Shown: one piece after another, positions 31,008-44,788 of the stretch
Layout: every line of letters starts with the position of its first letter
How positions within the stretch are numbered: position 1 is the first letter of the stretch
NCBI GenBank assembly: GCA_964016885.1
Contig: OZ024761.1
Location: 26,474,001 to 26,538,000, forward strand
Source of the DNA: Eledone cirrhosa
Lineage: Eukaryota
Reading direction: 5' to 3'
Length of the DNA stretch: 64,000 nt
Made by a program: the position numbers and the translations under genes
Notes under the pieces: model-generated
What the model was told of the DNA's origin: nothing
The model's database searches: none
Seen by the model: the letters and a program-made list of their open reading frames with translations, nothing else

Positions 31008-31201
31008 TAACAAAGGAATTGTGGTAAGGAACCAGATGGACCATAACGCACCAGAGTACTCAATACTTAGGGTAGTAGAGTGGGAAATAGGAAAAAGTAT
31101 GACCCCGACGGCAGAGCTCAAGCCATTTCGACGGCTATTTAGTCCATAAATATCCGTCGAAACGGCTTGAGCTCTGCCGTCGAGGTCAGACTTTTTCCTA
31201 T
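31008..31201 (-). mobile_element. Family A asymmetric hairpin element (inverted repeat 31087-31201 plus 79-bp tail)
   Basis: Same tail and same short-arm end as the other copies. Both arms share the private variant gacggcagagctc. Confidence 0.88.
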
Positions 31202-31302
31202 ATATATATATATATAATATCTGGTTTATGGTTTTATATATTTTGATATATTTATTATTCTTATCGAGCTGTCTTCGGATTTTATTCTTTATATTTAATA
31301 TT

Positions 31303-31330
<28 letters not shown>

Positions 31331-31333
<3 letters not shown>

Positions 31334-31683
31334 GGAACCAGTAAGACCCCGACAGCTGAGCTCAAGCCGTTTCGACGGCTAATTCTGGACTAAATGAACA
31401 TTTATCCTGGTATTTAAATAGCCGATCTTCTCAAGGGGTAATTCCATATATGGTCAAAGTGATTGTCAAAAATCACTTTGACCATATATGGAATTACCCC
31501 TTGAGAAGATCGGCTATTTAAATACCAGGATAAATGTTCATTTAGTCCAGAATTAGCCGTCGAAACGGCTTGAGCTCAGCTGTCGGGGTCTTACTGGTTC
31601 CTATTACCCACTCTACTACCTCAAGTATTGAGTACTTTGGTGCGTTATGGTCCACCTGGTTCCTTACCACATTTCCTTCGTTA
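31331..31683 (+). mobile_element. Family A asymmetric hairpin element, longest copy (perfect 134-bp arms 31331-31464 and 31471-31604, plus 79-bp tail)
   Basis: The full hammerhead fold is visible at 31496-31589: ACCCC-UUGAGAA(degenerate core)-[GAUCGGCUA..UAGCCGUC stem II]-GAAA-CGGCU..AGCUG-UC|GGGGU. Confidence 0.9.
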
Positions 31684-32061
31684 TATATATATATATATAT
31701 ATTATTTTCGTATATTTAAATACGTACTATCTATATATGATATATACTTCATTTGCGTTAGACACAATTTTGTTGTTGGTGTCCGAGTTGTTGTTGTTCT
31801 TCTTCTTTTCAACACTTATGGATGTTTTATATATATATATATATATAAATATATATTTTTGACTTTATTTCGCTTTTACTTCGTCAAATATTTTTAAAAA
31901 AGAAGAAAGAAAAGAAAACCCGCAAATCTATGATGAGTAATGAATTGCCAACTTACGAATATATATAAAGAGTTGCTATATGTCAGCGACAATACTGTTT
32001 ACATCACAAAGGAGAAAAATGGCGTTGTATATTTATCTGAATAGAAAGAACTTAACCGCAC

Positions 32062-32795
32062 TGATTGATGTGGTTGTAGGTTTTGTTGTTGTTGGTTGTG
32101 GTGGTGGTGTTTGTGGTGTTTGTGGTTGTTGGTGGTGTTTGTGGCGGGTGGGGATTTTTCTGGTTGTTGGTGTTGTTTATTGTCGTGTTTGTGATTGGGT
32201 GTGATTGTTGTTGGTGGTGTTTATGGTGGTGCTGTTTGTGGTTGTTGTTGGTCTTTATGATGGTTTTTGTGGTTGGATGTGGTTGTTGATGGTGTTTATG
32301 GTAGTGTTTGTGGTGGCTGGTGGTGTTCGTGGTGTTTTTTTAGGTGTTTGTGGTTGGGTGTGGTTGTTGGTGGTTGTTGGTGTTTGTGGCTGTTGTTGTT
32401 GGTGGTGTTAGTGGTTGTTGGTGGTGGTTTTGGCTGGTGGTGGTATTGGTGGAATCTATGGTGGTGTTTGAGGTGGCTGTTGTGGTCTTTATTTTTGTGT
32501 TAGTGGTTCGATGTGGTTGTTGATGGTGTTTAATGTTCGATGTGGTTGTTGGTGCTGTTTGTGTTTGTGGTTGTTGTTGGTGCTTGTCGTGGGATGTTGT
32601 TGTTTTTGTTGATTGTGTTTGTGGTTGGATGTGGTTGTTGGTGTGTTTGTGGGTGGTTGGATGCTATTGTTGGTGTTGTTTGTGGTTTCATGTGGTTGTC
32701 GTTGGTGTTGTGGTTGGATGTGGTTCGTGATGGTGTTTATGGTTGTGTTTGTCGTTGTTTGTAGTGTTTATGGCGGTGTTTGTGGTTGTTATTGT
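32062..32795. repeat. Degenerate GT-rich (GTT/GGT) low-complexity tract
   Basis: Direct inspection. Confidence 0.9.
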
Positions 32796-33179
32796 ATTAA
32801 ATAGAGAGCAAAGGCAAAGATAGAATTACGTAAATAAATGATTATACAATACACACGAAAATAAAATACGAAACACTATATATATACATTATACGTTACA
32901 TTCAGAGGCAACGTCTTTACAACATTAAGCCGGGTTGTGGAAATGTGCATAGTGGCACTTAGAAGGATTATTAGGTGAATATATCTTGTATGTAGGTAAA
33001 GAGAAGGAATGGGGTGAAAAGAGGTGGGTAACAAAGAGATAATAAATAGAAAATGAGAGAAGATATATATATATATATATATACATATATACATACAAAT
33101 ATATTATATTTATATATATGTATATTTTTATACGTGTGTGTATATATGTATATATATATATATGTGTGTGTGTACATGC

Positions 33180-33211
<32 letters not shown>

Positions 33212-33226
33212 ATATGTATGTATATG

Positions 33227-33277
<51 letters not shown>

Positions 33278-33418
33278 GTGTGTGTACATATGTGTATATA
33301 TATGTATATATATATATGTGTGTCTGTAAATACGTATATATATATATATATATATATATTTACACACATATGTATACATATATATACTGTGTATCAATAT
33401 TATTATACTCTCGATTGT

Positions 33419-33454
<36 letters not shown>

Positions 33455-33550
33455 GTATACATATATATATACATATGTATACATATATATATACATATAT
33501 ATATATATACATATGTATACATATATATATACATATCTATACATATATAT

Positions 33551-33618
<68 letters not shown>

Positions 33619-34051
33619 ATATATAAACACAATCGAGAATATAATAATATTGATAGACAGCTTTTTTTTTATTGGAGATGCAAACAGGATATATACATGA
33701 GTGGTTAAATGTTTCAGTATCGTATGTGTGTGTGTGTCTCTGTGAGTGTATGTGTATGTGCGTGTGCTTAAGACTGTTTGTCTCTATGTGTATCTGCGTG
33801 TCCGTATGTGTAAGCGTGTGTGTGTGTGTCTGTGTGTCTCTGTGTGTGTCAGTTTGTGTTTGTGTATGTGTGAGACTGTCTGAATATGTCTGTGCCTGTA
33901 TATGTGTGGGTGTGTGCGTGAGTATGTGTGTGTCTGTATGTGTGAGTGAATGCATGCTTGTGAATGTATCGCAGGGAGTTTTTGGCTGTGTGTGTCTGTG
34001 TAAGTCTGACTGTAGAATTAATAATTATTAATAATGGTATATCGTGCAATG

Positions 34052-34057
<6 letters not shown>

Positions 34058-34117
<60 letters not shown>

Positions 34118-34175
34118 TGCCCCCTCGTTATCGAGTATGGCCATTGCACAATAAAAAAAAAAAAAAAAAAAAAAA

Positions 34176-34236
<61 letters not shown>

Positions 34237-34315
34237 GCAATAATAATAATAACGACAACAACAATAATAATATACATATTCATATATATATACACACACA
34301 CGCACGCACATAAGC

Positions 34316-34353
<38 letters not shown>

Positions 34354-37300
34354 GATAGCAACTAACAGTGCTGCGATCGAATGTGGCTTTTTAGCCCAGC
34401 CAATGATCCAAAATGTCTTGCACAGAGTCGGCAACCAAAACATTTACTGGGAATAGTCGGCTGTGGTTGGAGTTCGTGTACTTTTGCATGTCGCTTGAGT
34501 CCTCCTGCTGATTTACATTCTCTACCACATGTTTGGCAAGCATGATGAGTAGCATCTCCAACAGCAGCCTGGTAGTCAACCACTGGTCTTACTTTATGAC
34601 TGCGAAGATGACTTTCGAGTCCAGCTTTGCTTAGGCAGAGTCTCGCACAGACGCTGCATGTCAGAAACATAGGAGGACCCTCGCCGTCTGGAAGTGCAAC
34701 AGCAATACCCTTCCTCACGTCCCGCTTTACTTTCTCGTGTGCGATTCGAGATGCCTCAAAGGCAACTTTTCCCTCATATACAGTCTTTCTCCATTTATTA
34801 CGATCAGCAGCAATATTTTCCCATGTATCAGCAGAGATGTTAGCGTCTTTCAGAGAGGCCTTCAAGGAATCCTTATACCTCTTTTTTGGTTTATGTGGCG
34901 GTCGTTTTCCTTTAACCAACTCTCCATAGAAGAGTTGTTTTGGTATTCTAGAATCCTTCATCCTGGCAAGGTGACCACTCCAACGGAGTCGCTGCTTAAG
35001 CACAAGAGCTTCTATACTGTCACACATAGAGCTTTCCAAAATCTCGACATCACTGATGTGGTCCCTCCAGCGAACGCCATGTATCCGTCTGAGACACATC
35101 TGATGGAAACGCTCCAATTGCTTAAGGTGGCGTCGATATGTGACCCAGGTCTCGCAGGCATAAAGAAGACAAGAGAGTACACATGCCCTGTACACCTTTA
35201 CCTTTGTCCTCCTGCATATGTCTCGCCGACCCCAGAGTCGCCTTTCTAGCTTTCCGAAAGCATCACTTGCTTTCCTAATCCTAAGTGAGATTTCACCGTC
35301 AAGGTTGCCGTATCGATTGACAGTGCTTCCCAGGTAGACAAACTGATCAACCACTCCAAGTCGTTTGCCATACACATAGATGTTTGGTTCAGTGTACTGC
35401 CTACCAGGTGCAGGTTGGTACATGACGACGGTTTTCTTGAGACTGACAGTCAAACCCAGGGCAGTGCAAGCGTCAGAAAATACATTCAAAATGTGCTGCA
35501 TATCACTCTCTGTGTGCGCTACAAGATCGCAATCATCTGCATACAAGAGGTCTCTTATGACTGATGTAAATACTTTTGTCTTCGCAGCAAAGCGCCTGAT
35601 GTTAAATATGCTGCCTGAGGTTCGATATCGGATGTAAACACCATGCTCGCAATTCCTGAATGCAACACAGAAAACCATTGCAAAGTATATGGCAAACAGG
35701 GTCGGTGCTGGAATATCCCCCTGTTTCACTCCATTTTTTACTGAGATAGGCTCCGACATGTTACCTCCGACATTAACCCAAGCCTTCATGTCGTCATGGA
35801 AAGACCTAACTAAAGCAAGGAACTTATCAGGGCAACCAAGTTTCTGGAGAACCTTCCATAATGCATCTCTGTTGACAGTATCGAAAGCCTTTGTCAGATC
35901 GACAAAAACCTGATACAGATCCAAGCCCTGTTCAATGCACTTCTCCTGGAGCTGTCTAGCTGAGAAGATCATATCAGTAGTGCCGCGTCCAACACGAAAA
36001 CCAGATTGACTTTCAGGAAGGACACAATCTGCAATGTGTGTCAGCAGACGGTCCAGAAGCACCCTACATAAAACTTTCCCCACGACAGAAAGCAATGATA
36101 TACCTCTGTAGTTCCCACAATCATTCCTGTTACCCTTTCCCTTGTACAAGACCACCATTACTGCATCTCTCCAGTCCTCAGGCACGGATTCATTAGCCCA
36201 TATCCTTCCAAACAGAGAGTGAAGATGCTGCAGGAGTCTCTCACCACCATATTGTAGGAGCTCAGCATGTATGCCATCCATACCTGGAGATCTTCCACTG
36301 TTCAGCTTCGAAATAGCCACTGCAACCTCCACAAGTGTCGGAGGCTCTGCGAGAGCTACTTTCACAGGACTTTCCGGAATGAGATTGAGGAAATCTTCAC
36401 TGACGACAGACGGCTGATTCAAAAGATCATCAAAGTGCTCCCGCCACCTTCGTAGAATTCCCTGTGAGTCACGAAGAAGTTCTTTGCCATCCCTGCTGCG
36501 AATCGGTGTCACCAGAGAAGAAGACGGTCCATAAACCTCACGCAAGAGACTGTACAACAGCTTTGTGTTATTGCAATCAGACGCAGTTTGTATCTCACCA
36601 GCCTTCTCACTCCACCACTGATCCTTCATCTGAGAAAGACTCCGCCTAACACGTGATTTTACATCCCTGAGCTCCTCATGCAACGTATTCCTCTCCTGTG
36701 GTCTTGCCGTCAAGTAGCGTGACAGAGCGCGCCTCTTATCAGCCAACAAGTCATCTATATGCACATCTTTCTCATCAAACCAGTCCTGATGTTTTCTCTG
36801 CACCAATCCCAGAACACGTCTGCCTACATCATAAACCGACTTTTTAAGGGTCGGCCAATCCTCACCAAGATCTGCAGCCTGCATCTCTTCTTCCAATGTC
36901 CTCTTCACATTTTTATCCTTAAGACGAGCAGCATTCAATCTTTTGGGCAGGGTAACACCAGGAGCCCGGATTTTACGTTTGGTGATTAGATTCACTTTTG
37001 CGCGTACCAGGCGGTGGTCCGTCCAGCACTCAGCTCCACGAAGAACACGAACACACCGCACATCCTGTCTGTCACGCATCCTGACTAGGACGTAGTCCAA
37101 AAGATGCCATTCCTTAGATGCAGGATGCATCCATGTGGTCTTGAATTTGTTCTTTTGTTGGAACATGGTGTTGGTAACACACAGATCCAGCTCCTCACAC
37201 ATCTGCAGCAAGAGCATACCATTGCTGTTACACTTTCCCACCCCATGCCTTCCGATTACATTCCATGTGTTAAAATCCCTACCCACTCTAGCATTAAAGT

Positions 37301-37917
37301 CACCAAGCACGATGACTTTGTCTGCCTGAGGGATATTTCTTAAAACACCTTTCAAGGCATGGTAAAAGGACAGTTTTTCTTCATCGACAGAATTCATAGT
37401 TGGAGCATACACACTCACCAGGGTAGCATATCTTCCCTTGTCCAGCGGAACTCTCATGGACATAAGACGCTCACTAATCCCCACTGGGAATTCTTCCAAT
37501 TTATTCACCAGTACAGTCTTAACAGCAAATCCTACCCCAGCCTCTCTTCTGGTTCCTTCATCTCTTCCTTTCCAGAAGAATGTATATTCTCCACAAAATT
37601 CCGTAAGATGACCATCTCCAGCTAACCTCGTCTCAGACAAAGCCACGATGTCAAGATCGTAACGTCGAAGCTCCTTCGCAACAAGAGCGGTCCTTCGTTC
37701 AGGACGCTCCAAAGAATCCCTGTCAAGCAGCGTCCGTACGTTCCAGCAGCCAAGACTAAATGCCCTGTTTGGCTCTATTACAATGGCACGATGACGGGCG
37801 GGCCCAGGTTGTGATAACTTGGGGCCCCTGCCCTTATTGCCAATGATCCTTTTTGTTCCAGAACCCAAATTGGCAATTATCTCGTTTACATTGTTCTGGA
37901 ACATCATTGAATTGGGG

Positions 37918-37954
<37 letters not shown>

Positions 37955-37959
37955 TAATA

Positions 37960-37994
<35 letters not shown>

Positions 37995-38295
37995 ACACTA
38001 TTAATAATTATTAATGCACTCGTGCAATGCCTGTGCGTGACGAATATTTTTAAAGTGAGGAAAGACTGTGCACTGAACCAATCCCACTCTCTGAGCGACA
38101 GTAGCTATAACCCGAAAAGAAGAAAAGATCAACATCATCGGTAACTACTGAGCCGCAGGTTTTATATCGGAGTTAACCCAGTTTCCTGAGATGCCTTCTC
38201 CTAGAAGAATACCCCGACATGGGCTAGGGGTTCTTCACTCCCAGTGGTTTAACTGCGCGATCGGGCATCCAGCCCGATTATTTCTATGTCCCCGC

Positions 38296-38297
<2 letters not shown>
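34058..38297 (-). mobile_element. Probably full-length RTE-clade LINE retrotransposon
   Basis: Single intact ORF. The 3' end has the stem-loop ctcg-ataa-cgag followed by ggcagccatca(ta)n. A GC-richer putative 5' UTR lies at 38020-38297. Both UTRs contain simple repeats. The 5' boundary is inferred. Confidence 0.8.
34362..37907 (-). CDS. RTE-clade LINE ORF, 1181 aa: APE endonuclease, reverse transcriptase and three C2H2 zinc fingers
   Basis: Endonuclease motifs GCWNVRTL, ALSETRL, VYAPT, LGDFNARVG, LLDYVL, TDHRLV. RT motifs NYRGISLLS, QSGFR, FVDLTKAFDTV, GVKQG, LLYADD (about 35532-35549), FVYLGS. C-terminal CSVC..HLRSH, CQTC..HAKVH, CRLC..HIRSQH. No stops or frameshifts. Confidence 0.98.
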   Translation of the reverse strand: MMFQNNVNEIIANLGSGTKRIIGNKGRGPKLSQPGPARHRAIVIEPNRAFSLGCWNVRTLLDRDSLERPERRTALVAKELRRYDLDIVALSETRLAGDGHLTEFCGEYTFFWKGRDEGTRREAGVGFAVKTVLVNKLEEFPVGISERLMSMRVPLDKGRYATLVSVYAPTMNSVDEEKLSFYHALKGVLRNIPQADKVIVLGDFNARVGRDFNTWNVIGRHGVGKCNSNGMLLLQMCEELDLCVTNTMFQQKNKFKTTWMHPASKEWHLLDYVLVRMRDRQDVRCVRVLRGAECWTDHRLVRAKVNLITKRKIRAPGVTLPKRLNAARLKDKNVKRTLEEEMQAADLGEDWPTLKKSVYDVGRRVLGLVQRKHQDWFDEKDVHIDDLLADKRRALSRYLTARPQERNTLHEELRDVKSRVRRSLSQMKDQWWSEKAGEIQTASDCNNTKLLYSLLREVYGPSSSLVTPIRSRDGKELLRDSQGILRRWREHFDDLLNQPSVVSEDFLNLIPESPVKVALAEPPTLVEVAVAISKLNSGRSPGMDGIHAELLQYGGERLLQHLHSLFGRIWANESVPEDWRDAVMVVLYKGKGNRNDCGNYRGISLLSVVGKVLCRVLLDRLLTHIADCVLPESQSGFRVGRGTTDMIFSARQLQEKCIEQGLDLYQVFVDLTKAFDTVNRDALWKVLQKLGCPDKFLALVRSFHDDMKAWVNVGGNMSEPISVKNGVKQGDIPAPTLFAIYFAMVFCVAFRNCEHGVYIRYRTSGSIFNIRRFAAKTKVFTSVIRDLLYADDCDLVAHTESDMQHILNVFSDACTALGLTVSLKKTVVMYQPAPGRQYTEPNIYVYGKRLGVVDQFVYLGSTVNRYGNLDGEISLRIRKASDAFGKLERRLWGRRDICRRTKVKVYRACVLSCLLYACETWVTYRRHLKQLERFHQMCLRRIHGVRWRDHISDVEILESSMCDSIEALVLKQRLRWSGHLARMKDSRIPKQLFYGELVKGKRPPHKPKKRYKDSLKASLKDANISADTWENIAADRNKWRKTVYEGKVAFEASRIAHEKVKRDVRKGIAVALPDGEGPPMFLTCSVCARLCLSKAGLESHLRSHKVRPVVDYQAAVGDATHHACQTCGRECKSAGGLKRHAKVHELQPQPTIPSKCFGCRLCARHFGSLAGLKSHIRSQHC

Positions 38298-38342
<45 letters not shown>

Positions 38343-38782
38343 ACTTATTGACACTTATACGTACGACATACACACACACGCATACATATGCGTGCACACA
38401 GCAACACTCACACACACAACAAACACACACACACGCTACTCTACTCACTTACACGCACACACACACATATATATATATATATTACCGTCATTACTGATAC
38501 AAGATTACCAGATTATGTCAACTGTTGACTTTCAAGAGTTTGTATAGTTGAAGCCGATCGTATTACAGTCCAGTATTACTATAATTGCTTTACAGCATAG
38601 AGTTATGGCTCTCCACGGAGTCAACAAAAGAGAGTACCAGTGATGCGCTGGCCAGTCGCTGGATCCGTGCCAAAAGCAGAAAAATTATTATTAAAGTTGT
38701 TCTTAAGGCCAGGTCGCTGGTGATGGTGATGGCGACGGCGGTGGCGGTGGTGGTGGTGGTGGCAGTTGATGTTGTTGTTCTG

Positions 38783-38815
<33 letters not shown>

Positions 38816-40138
38816 GTTATTTTGAGTTTTTTTTTTTTTTTCCTTTCTTTTTTTTTTCTCCTTTTTTTTTTTTTTTTTTTTCCCCTTCCCTTTTCTTTTT
38901 TCTTTTCCCTTCCTTTTTTTTATGTTTTGATGCCGCTGTTGTTGTTGTTGTTGTAATTGTTGTAAATGTTCATTTCAGTTCATTCTGAAGCTGTTGTTGC
39001 TGTAAACATTAGGGCCGGTGTTGTTGTTGTTGTAGATGTTGGGATTGAAATCTGGTTGTTTGACTGAGTGATGTATATACACACATATACATACACACAC
39101 ATATATATATATACATTCATCAGAGAGTAGAGAGTTTGACAACAGGTCGATGACTTTAGTCTCGATAGGGTATGGTATGGTAATGACATGTGATGGTGGG
39201 GAGAGAGTGTAGACGTTATTGTGGTGGTGTGGACAGTGAGATGTATCTAGTTCATTTGACCGTTTTCTTCTCTTAGCAAAATTTGAATTCTAGCCATGTT
39301 ATATTGAGATGTAAGTAAATGTAAAATATAAATAAGGATTGCTCTGCTAAAATATACTAAAATATTTGTGTAACTTCCACAAACTTCTGTCGTGACATTC
39401 CCGAGACCAGTAACCAACAAATTGTTGTATTTTGATGTTTCAGAATACAAAAATTAATTAAAAACTTACCCCACGAAGAGACAGCGTGTGTTGTCCTATC
39501 TATAAGCTCCCTCATACATACATATATATATATATACATACATACCTGTTTGTGTATGTACGTATATGTGTGTGTTTTATGTATATTCGGACATAAAATG
39601 TAGTGAATGATTAACTGAACAATCACTCAATATAAGTAGAATATAGATGACTTTTTACTGTCAATATTGCCATTATAAACCGACACACACACACATACAC
39701 ATATATACATATATGACACACACATATATATATATATGTCATATATATAATTTGAGTAAAACAATTAAATTCTCTTTTTTTTTTTTCTTCTTTTTTTTCT
39801 TTTTCTTCTTCTCCGCCCACATATTCTTGAAAGTGTCTTGGGGACAGAGTCTTAAAAACATTCCTTCCAGGGGGTCCAGTCAGAAATATGCAGCTTCTCT
39901 TCGTATACACCTGGGTCCCCTGGCACTTATTTTTATACATACGGCGTTTCTTGAGTATTTTACGCCCGGCGGACCACAACCCTCTCCAGGCATAACTACA
40001 GCAGATTTCTACCAGCGAAAGATAGAAAGTGAGGGGGCGGGGGGATGAGAAACAGATATAGAGGTGCAATCGCTCCCAGTACTAGACTAGTACTTTTTTT
40101 TATTGACGTCGAAAGGGTGAAAGGCAAAAAGCACCTCG

Positions 40139-40155
40139 ATATATATATATATATT

Positions 40156-40238
<83 letters not shown>

Positions 40239-40241
40239 TTA

Positions 40242-40282
<41 letters not shown>

Positions 40283-40283
40283 T

Positions 40284-40344
<61 letters not shown>

Positions 40345-40351
40345 TTATACT

Positions 40352-40385
<34 letters not shown>

Positions 40386-40455
40386 TATATTTATGTATTT
40401 ATATTTATATATTTATATATATATATTTATATTTATGTATTTATATTTATATATT

Positions 40456-40489
<34 letters not shown>

Positions 40490-40643
40490 TATATATATAT
40501 ATTTATATATATATATTTATTTATATATATTTATATATATATATTTATTTATATATATTTATATATATATATTTATTTATATATATTTATATATATATAT
40601 TTATACATATATATATATTTATATATATATTTATATATATATT

Positions 40644-40701
<58 letters not shown>

Positions 40702-40729
40702 TATATATATATATTTATATATATATATT

Positions 40730-40763
<34 letters not shown>

Positions 40764-40987
40764 TATATATATATTTATATATATATTTATATATATATTT
40801 ATATATATATATATTTATATATATATTTATATATATATATATTTATATATTTATATACATATATATATTTATATATATATATATTTATATATATATTTAT
40901 ATATATATATATTTATATATTTATATATATATATTTATATATATATATATTTATATATATATTTATATATATATATATTTATATATT

Positions 40988-41040
<53 letters not shown>

Positions 41041-41125
41041 TTATTTATATATATATATATTTATATATATATTTATATATATATATATTTATGTATATAT
41101 TTATATATATATATATTTATATATT

Positions 41126-41166
<41 letters not shown>

Positions 41167-41175
41167 TTATATATA
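40139..41175. repeat. (TA)n/(TTTA) microsatellite
   Basis: Direct inspection. Preceded by a SINE fragment at about 40074-40138 (-). Confidence 0.97.
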
Positions 41176-41540
41176 AAATCCAAAGAGGACTCGATAAGCA
41201 TAAATATATATCAAATATATAAGCACCCTAGAGCAAATATTTATTAAAATAACTGATTAAAGTTTAAGCAAATGTCGCTGCTTTCACCCTTAACGGGATC
41301 TTCAACAAAGTATATAACTCATTGTTTATATATATATATATATAAAGCATTCTATCCGACGTTCTAACAACTTTGACAATTCGCCACCTAAACTACCATG
41401 ATAGACAATATCAAATGCAGTGATCCACACTTCTCTATGAATTTCTGACTACAATATCTCTAGGTCAATATCATATCATCGGATTACACTTTAATTAGCA
41501 ATTATGTATGAATAGAAACTATATATGTATAGTCACAGAC

Positions 41541-41725
41541 GTGGATTGGCAGTATAGGTGGAGGGTCGGACGCCATGCTTTCCAGCATAGTTACGTCCCT
41601 TTACGATCTGAGTTCAAATCCCGCCGAGGTTGACTTTGCCTTTCATCCTTACGGGGTCGATAAAATAAAGTACCAGTAATGCACTGGGTAATTTCTGGCC
41701 TTGTGCCTAAAGTAGAGACAATTAT
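41541..41725 (+). mobile_element. SINE, near consensus
   Basis: A and B boxes, core and tail are present. Confidence 0.92.
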
Positions 41726-41818
41726 CTGTTCAAACGTTGACAGATAGATGTCCTTGGAGATTTTAGTATTTCTGTATTTTCTACGAATATGTGTATTAAC
41801 AAAGGAATTATATATATA

Positions 41819-42069
41819 TAGTGGTGGAACACTGGAAGGTAATATCTGTAGTGGTAGAGCACTCAGTCCAAGGGACGAGTTAGGTAGAAGTGGTTACACA
41901 ACAGTTAATTCACTATACCGAGAACAATTGTTTCAACTTAGCGGATCTTCAGCTCGGAATGGGCATGGTTATAGGAACCTGTTCCTATAACCATGCCCAT
42001 TCCGAGCTGAAGATCCGCTAAGTTGAAACAATTGTTCTCGGTATAGTGAACTAACTGTTGTGTACCCAC

Positions 42070-42074
<5 letters not shown>
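41819..42074. mobile_element. Asymmetric hairpin element (inverted repeat 41885-42074 plus about 66-bp tail) with a minimal hammerhead motif on both arms
   Basis: 42002-42041 (+): CCGAG-CUGAAGA-UCCGCUAAGUU-GAAA-CAAUUG-UU|CUCGG, mirrored at 41918-41957 (-). Stem II is weak. Flanked by (TA)n. Confidence 0.85.
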
Positions 42075-42955
<881 letters not shown>

Positions 42956-43709
42956 ACACAATTAGATATCATGCATAAAACAGTATATAATATTGTACGA
43001 AAGGCAAGTAAATACAATCTATTGTGTTCAACGAAAATCTATTAAACCCCGGTCGAAGCTCAATTCGCTCACGGTGCACACATCTCTGGTGCACTTCATT
43101 CAATAGAATCACATGCTTGATGTATATAGCATAGATACTATTGAAATAAGAGAGCAATTGCTTCTATTGAGCCGGGACTACCAACAATGGCTTGTGTTAA
43201 AATCCTATCAAATTGATCTTAGTTCAAAATTGCCGGACCCTTTTGTAAGATAAAGCTGTTGAATCGAGAAGGTAAACGTTTTATTCATTATATACCTGAT
43301 AGGAAGCATATATATATATATTTATATATATATATATATATATGTATACATATGCGTGTGTATGTATATGTTTGTGTAGGCTAATATATATGTATATATA
43401 TATATATATATATATGTGTATATATATATATATGTGTGTGTGTCTATGTATAATTATATATATATATATATATATGTGTGTGTATACGTATATATATATG
43501 TATGTATATATGTGTATATATGTATATACATGTCTATATATGTGTATATATGTATATACATGTCTATATGTGTATATATGTGTGTATATGTGTATATATG
43601 TGTGTATATGTATATATGTGTGTGACTATATGTATAAGTATGTGTATATATATATATATACATATGTGTGTGTGTGTGAATATGTATATATATATGTGTA
43701 TATACATAT

Positions 43710-43741
<32 letters not shown>

Positions 43742-43838
43742 GTAAGTATATATATATATATGTATGCCTCAATCTCTATCATTCTCTCTTTGTTTCCCTG
43801 AAAATATAATATTTAATATATATGTGTATGTAAGTATG

Positions 43839-43899
<61 letters not shown>

Positions 43900-44337
43900 T
43901 TACACACATATATATATATGCATCGTTTTTGATTGAATGAATTCTTATATCTACAACACCATTATCCGAGTATATTTGTATATTTGCACAGACACATATT
44001 CTAGGCAACAGAATATAAAGATAGAAAACAAATCTATAACAAAACACATACTCTAAATATATATAAAAAAAAACGAGAGAAAATTACTACAATTAATGGC
44101 TGAATATAACGTAAAGCCGTTGGTTGTCTAAAGAGTACAATAAAGGGAGAGAAATCGCTTTGAGTAGTATATCAGTTTATTTCACGTTTTCCCAAAACAG
44201 CGGTTATGACGTAACGCAAAGCATTCGATTTCGAAAACTAGCTCACAGCCACCGAACAATCGTTTTAAAACAAATCTGTACAATGGATGTCTTTTGTTGA
44301 ATAAGTGCTAAGTTAAATTCATACTGATTAAGGGACT

Positions 44338-44355
44338 GTTGCTGTAGTAGTTGTT

Positions 44356-44398
<43 letters not shown>

Positions 44399-44751
44399 CT
44401 GTTGTTGTAATAGTAGTAGTAGTAGTAGCTGTTGTTGTAATAGTAGTAGTAGTAGTAGCTGTTGTTGTAATAGTAGTAGTAGTAGTAGTAGTAGTAGTAG
44501 CTGTTGTTGTAATAGTAGTAGTAGTAGTAGTAGTAGTAGCTGTTGTTGTAGTAGTAGTAGTAGTAGTATTAGCTGGTGTTGTAGTAGTAGTAGTAGTAGT
44601 AGTAGCTGTTGTTGTAGTAGTAGTAGTAGTAGTAGTAGCTGTTGTTGTAATAGTAGTAGTAGTAGTAGTAGTAGTAGCTGGTGTTGTAGTAGGTGTTGTA
44701 GTAGTAGTAGTAGCTGTTGTTGTAATAGTAGTAGTAGTAGTAGCTTCTGTT

Positions 44752-44788
<37 letters not shown>

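Noticed and set aside
34627-37625. Plus-strand ORFs overlapping the LINE
   Set aside because: Antisense shadows of the RT ORF with no motifs of their own.
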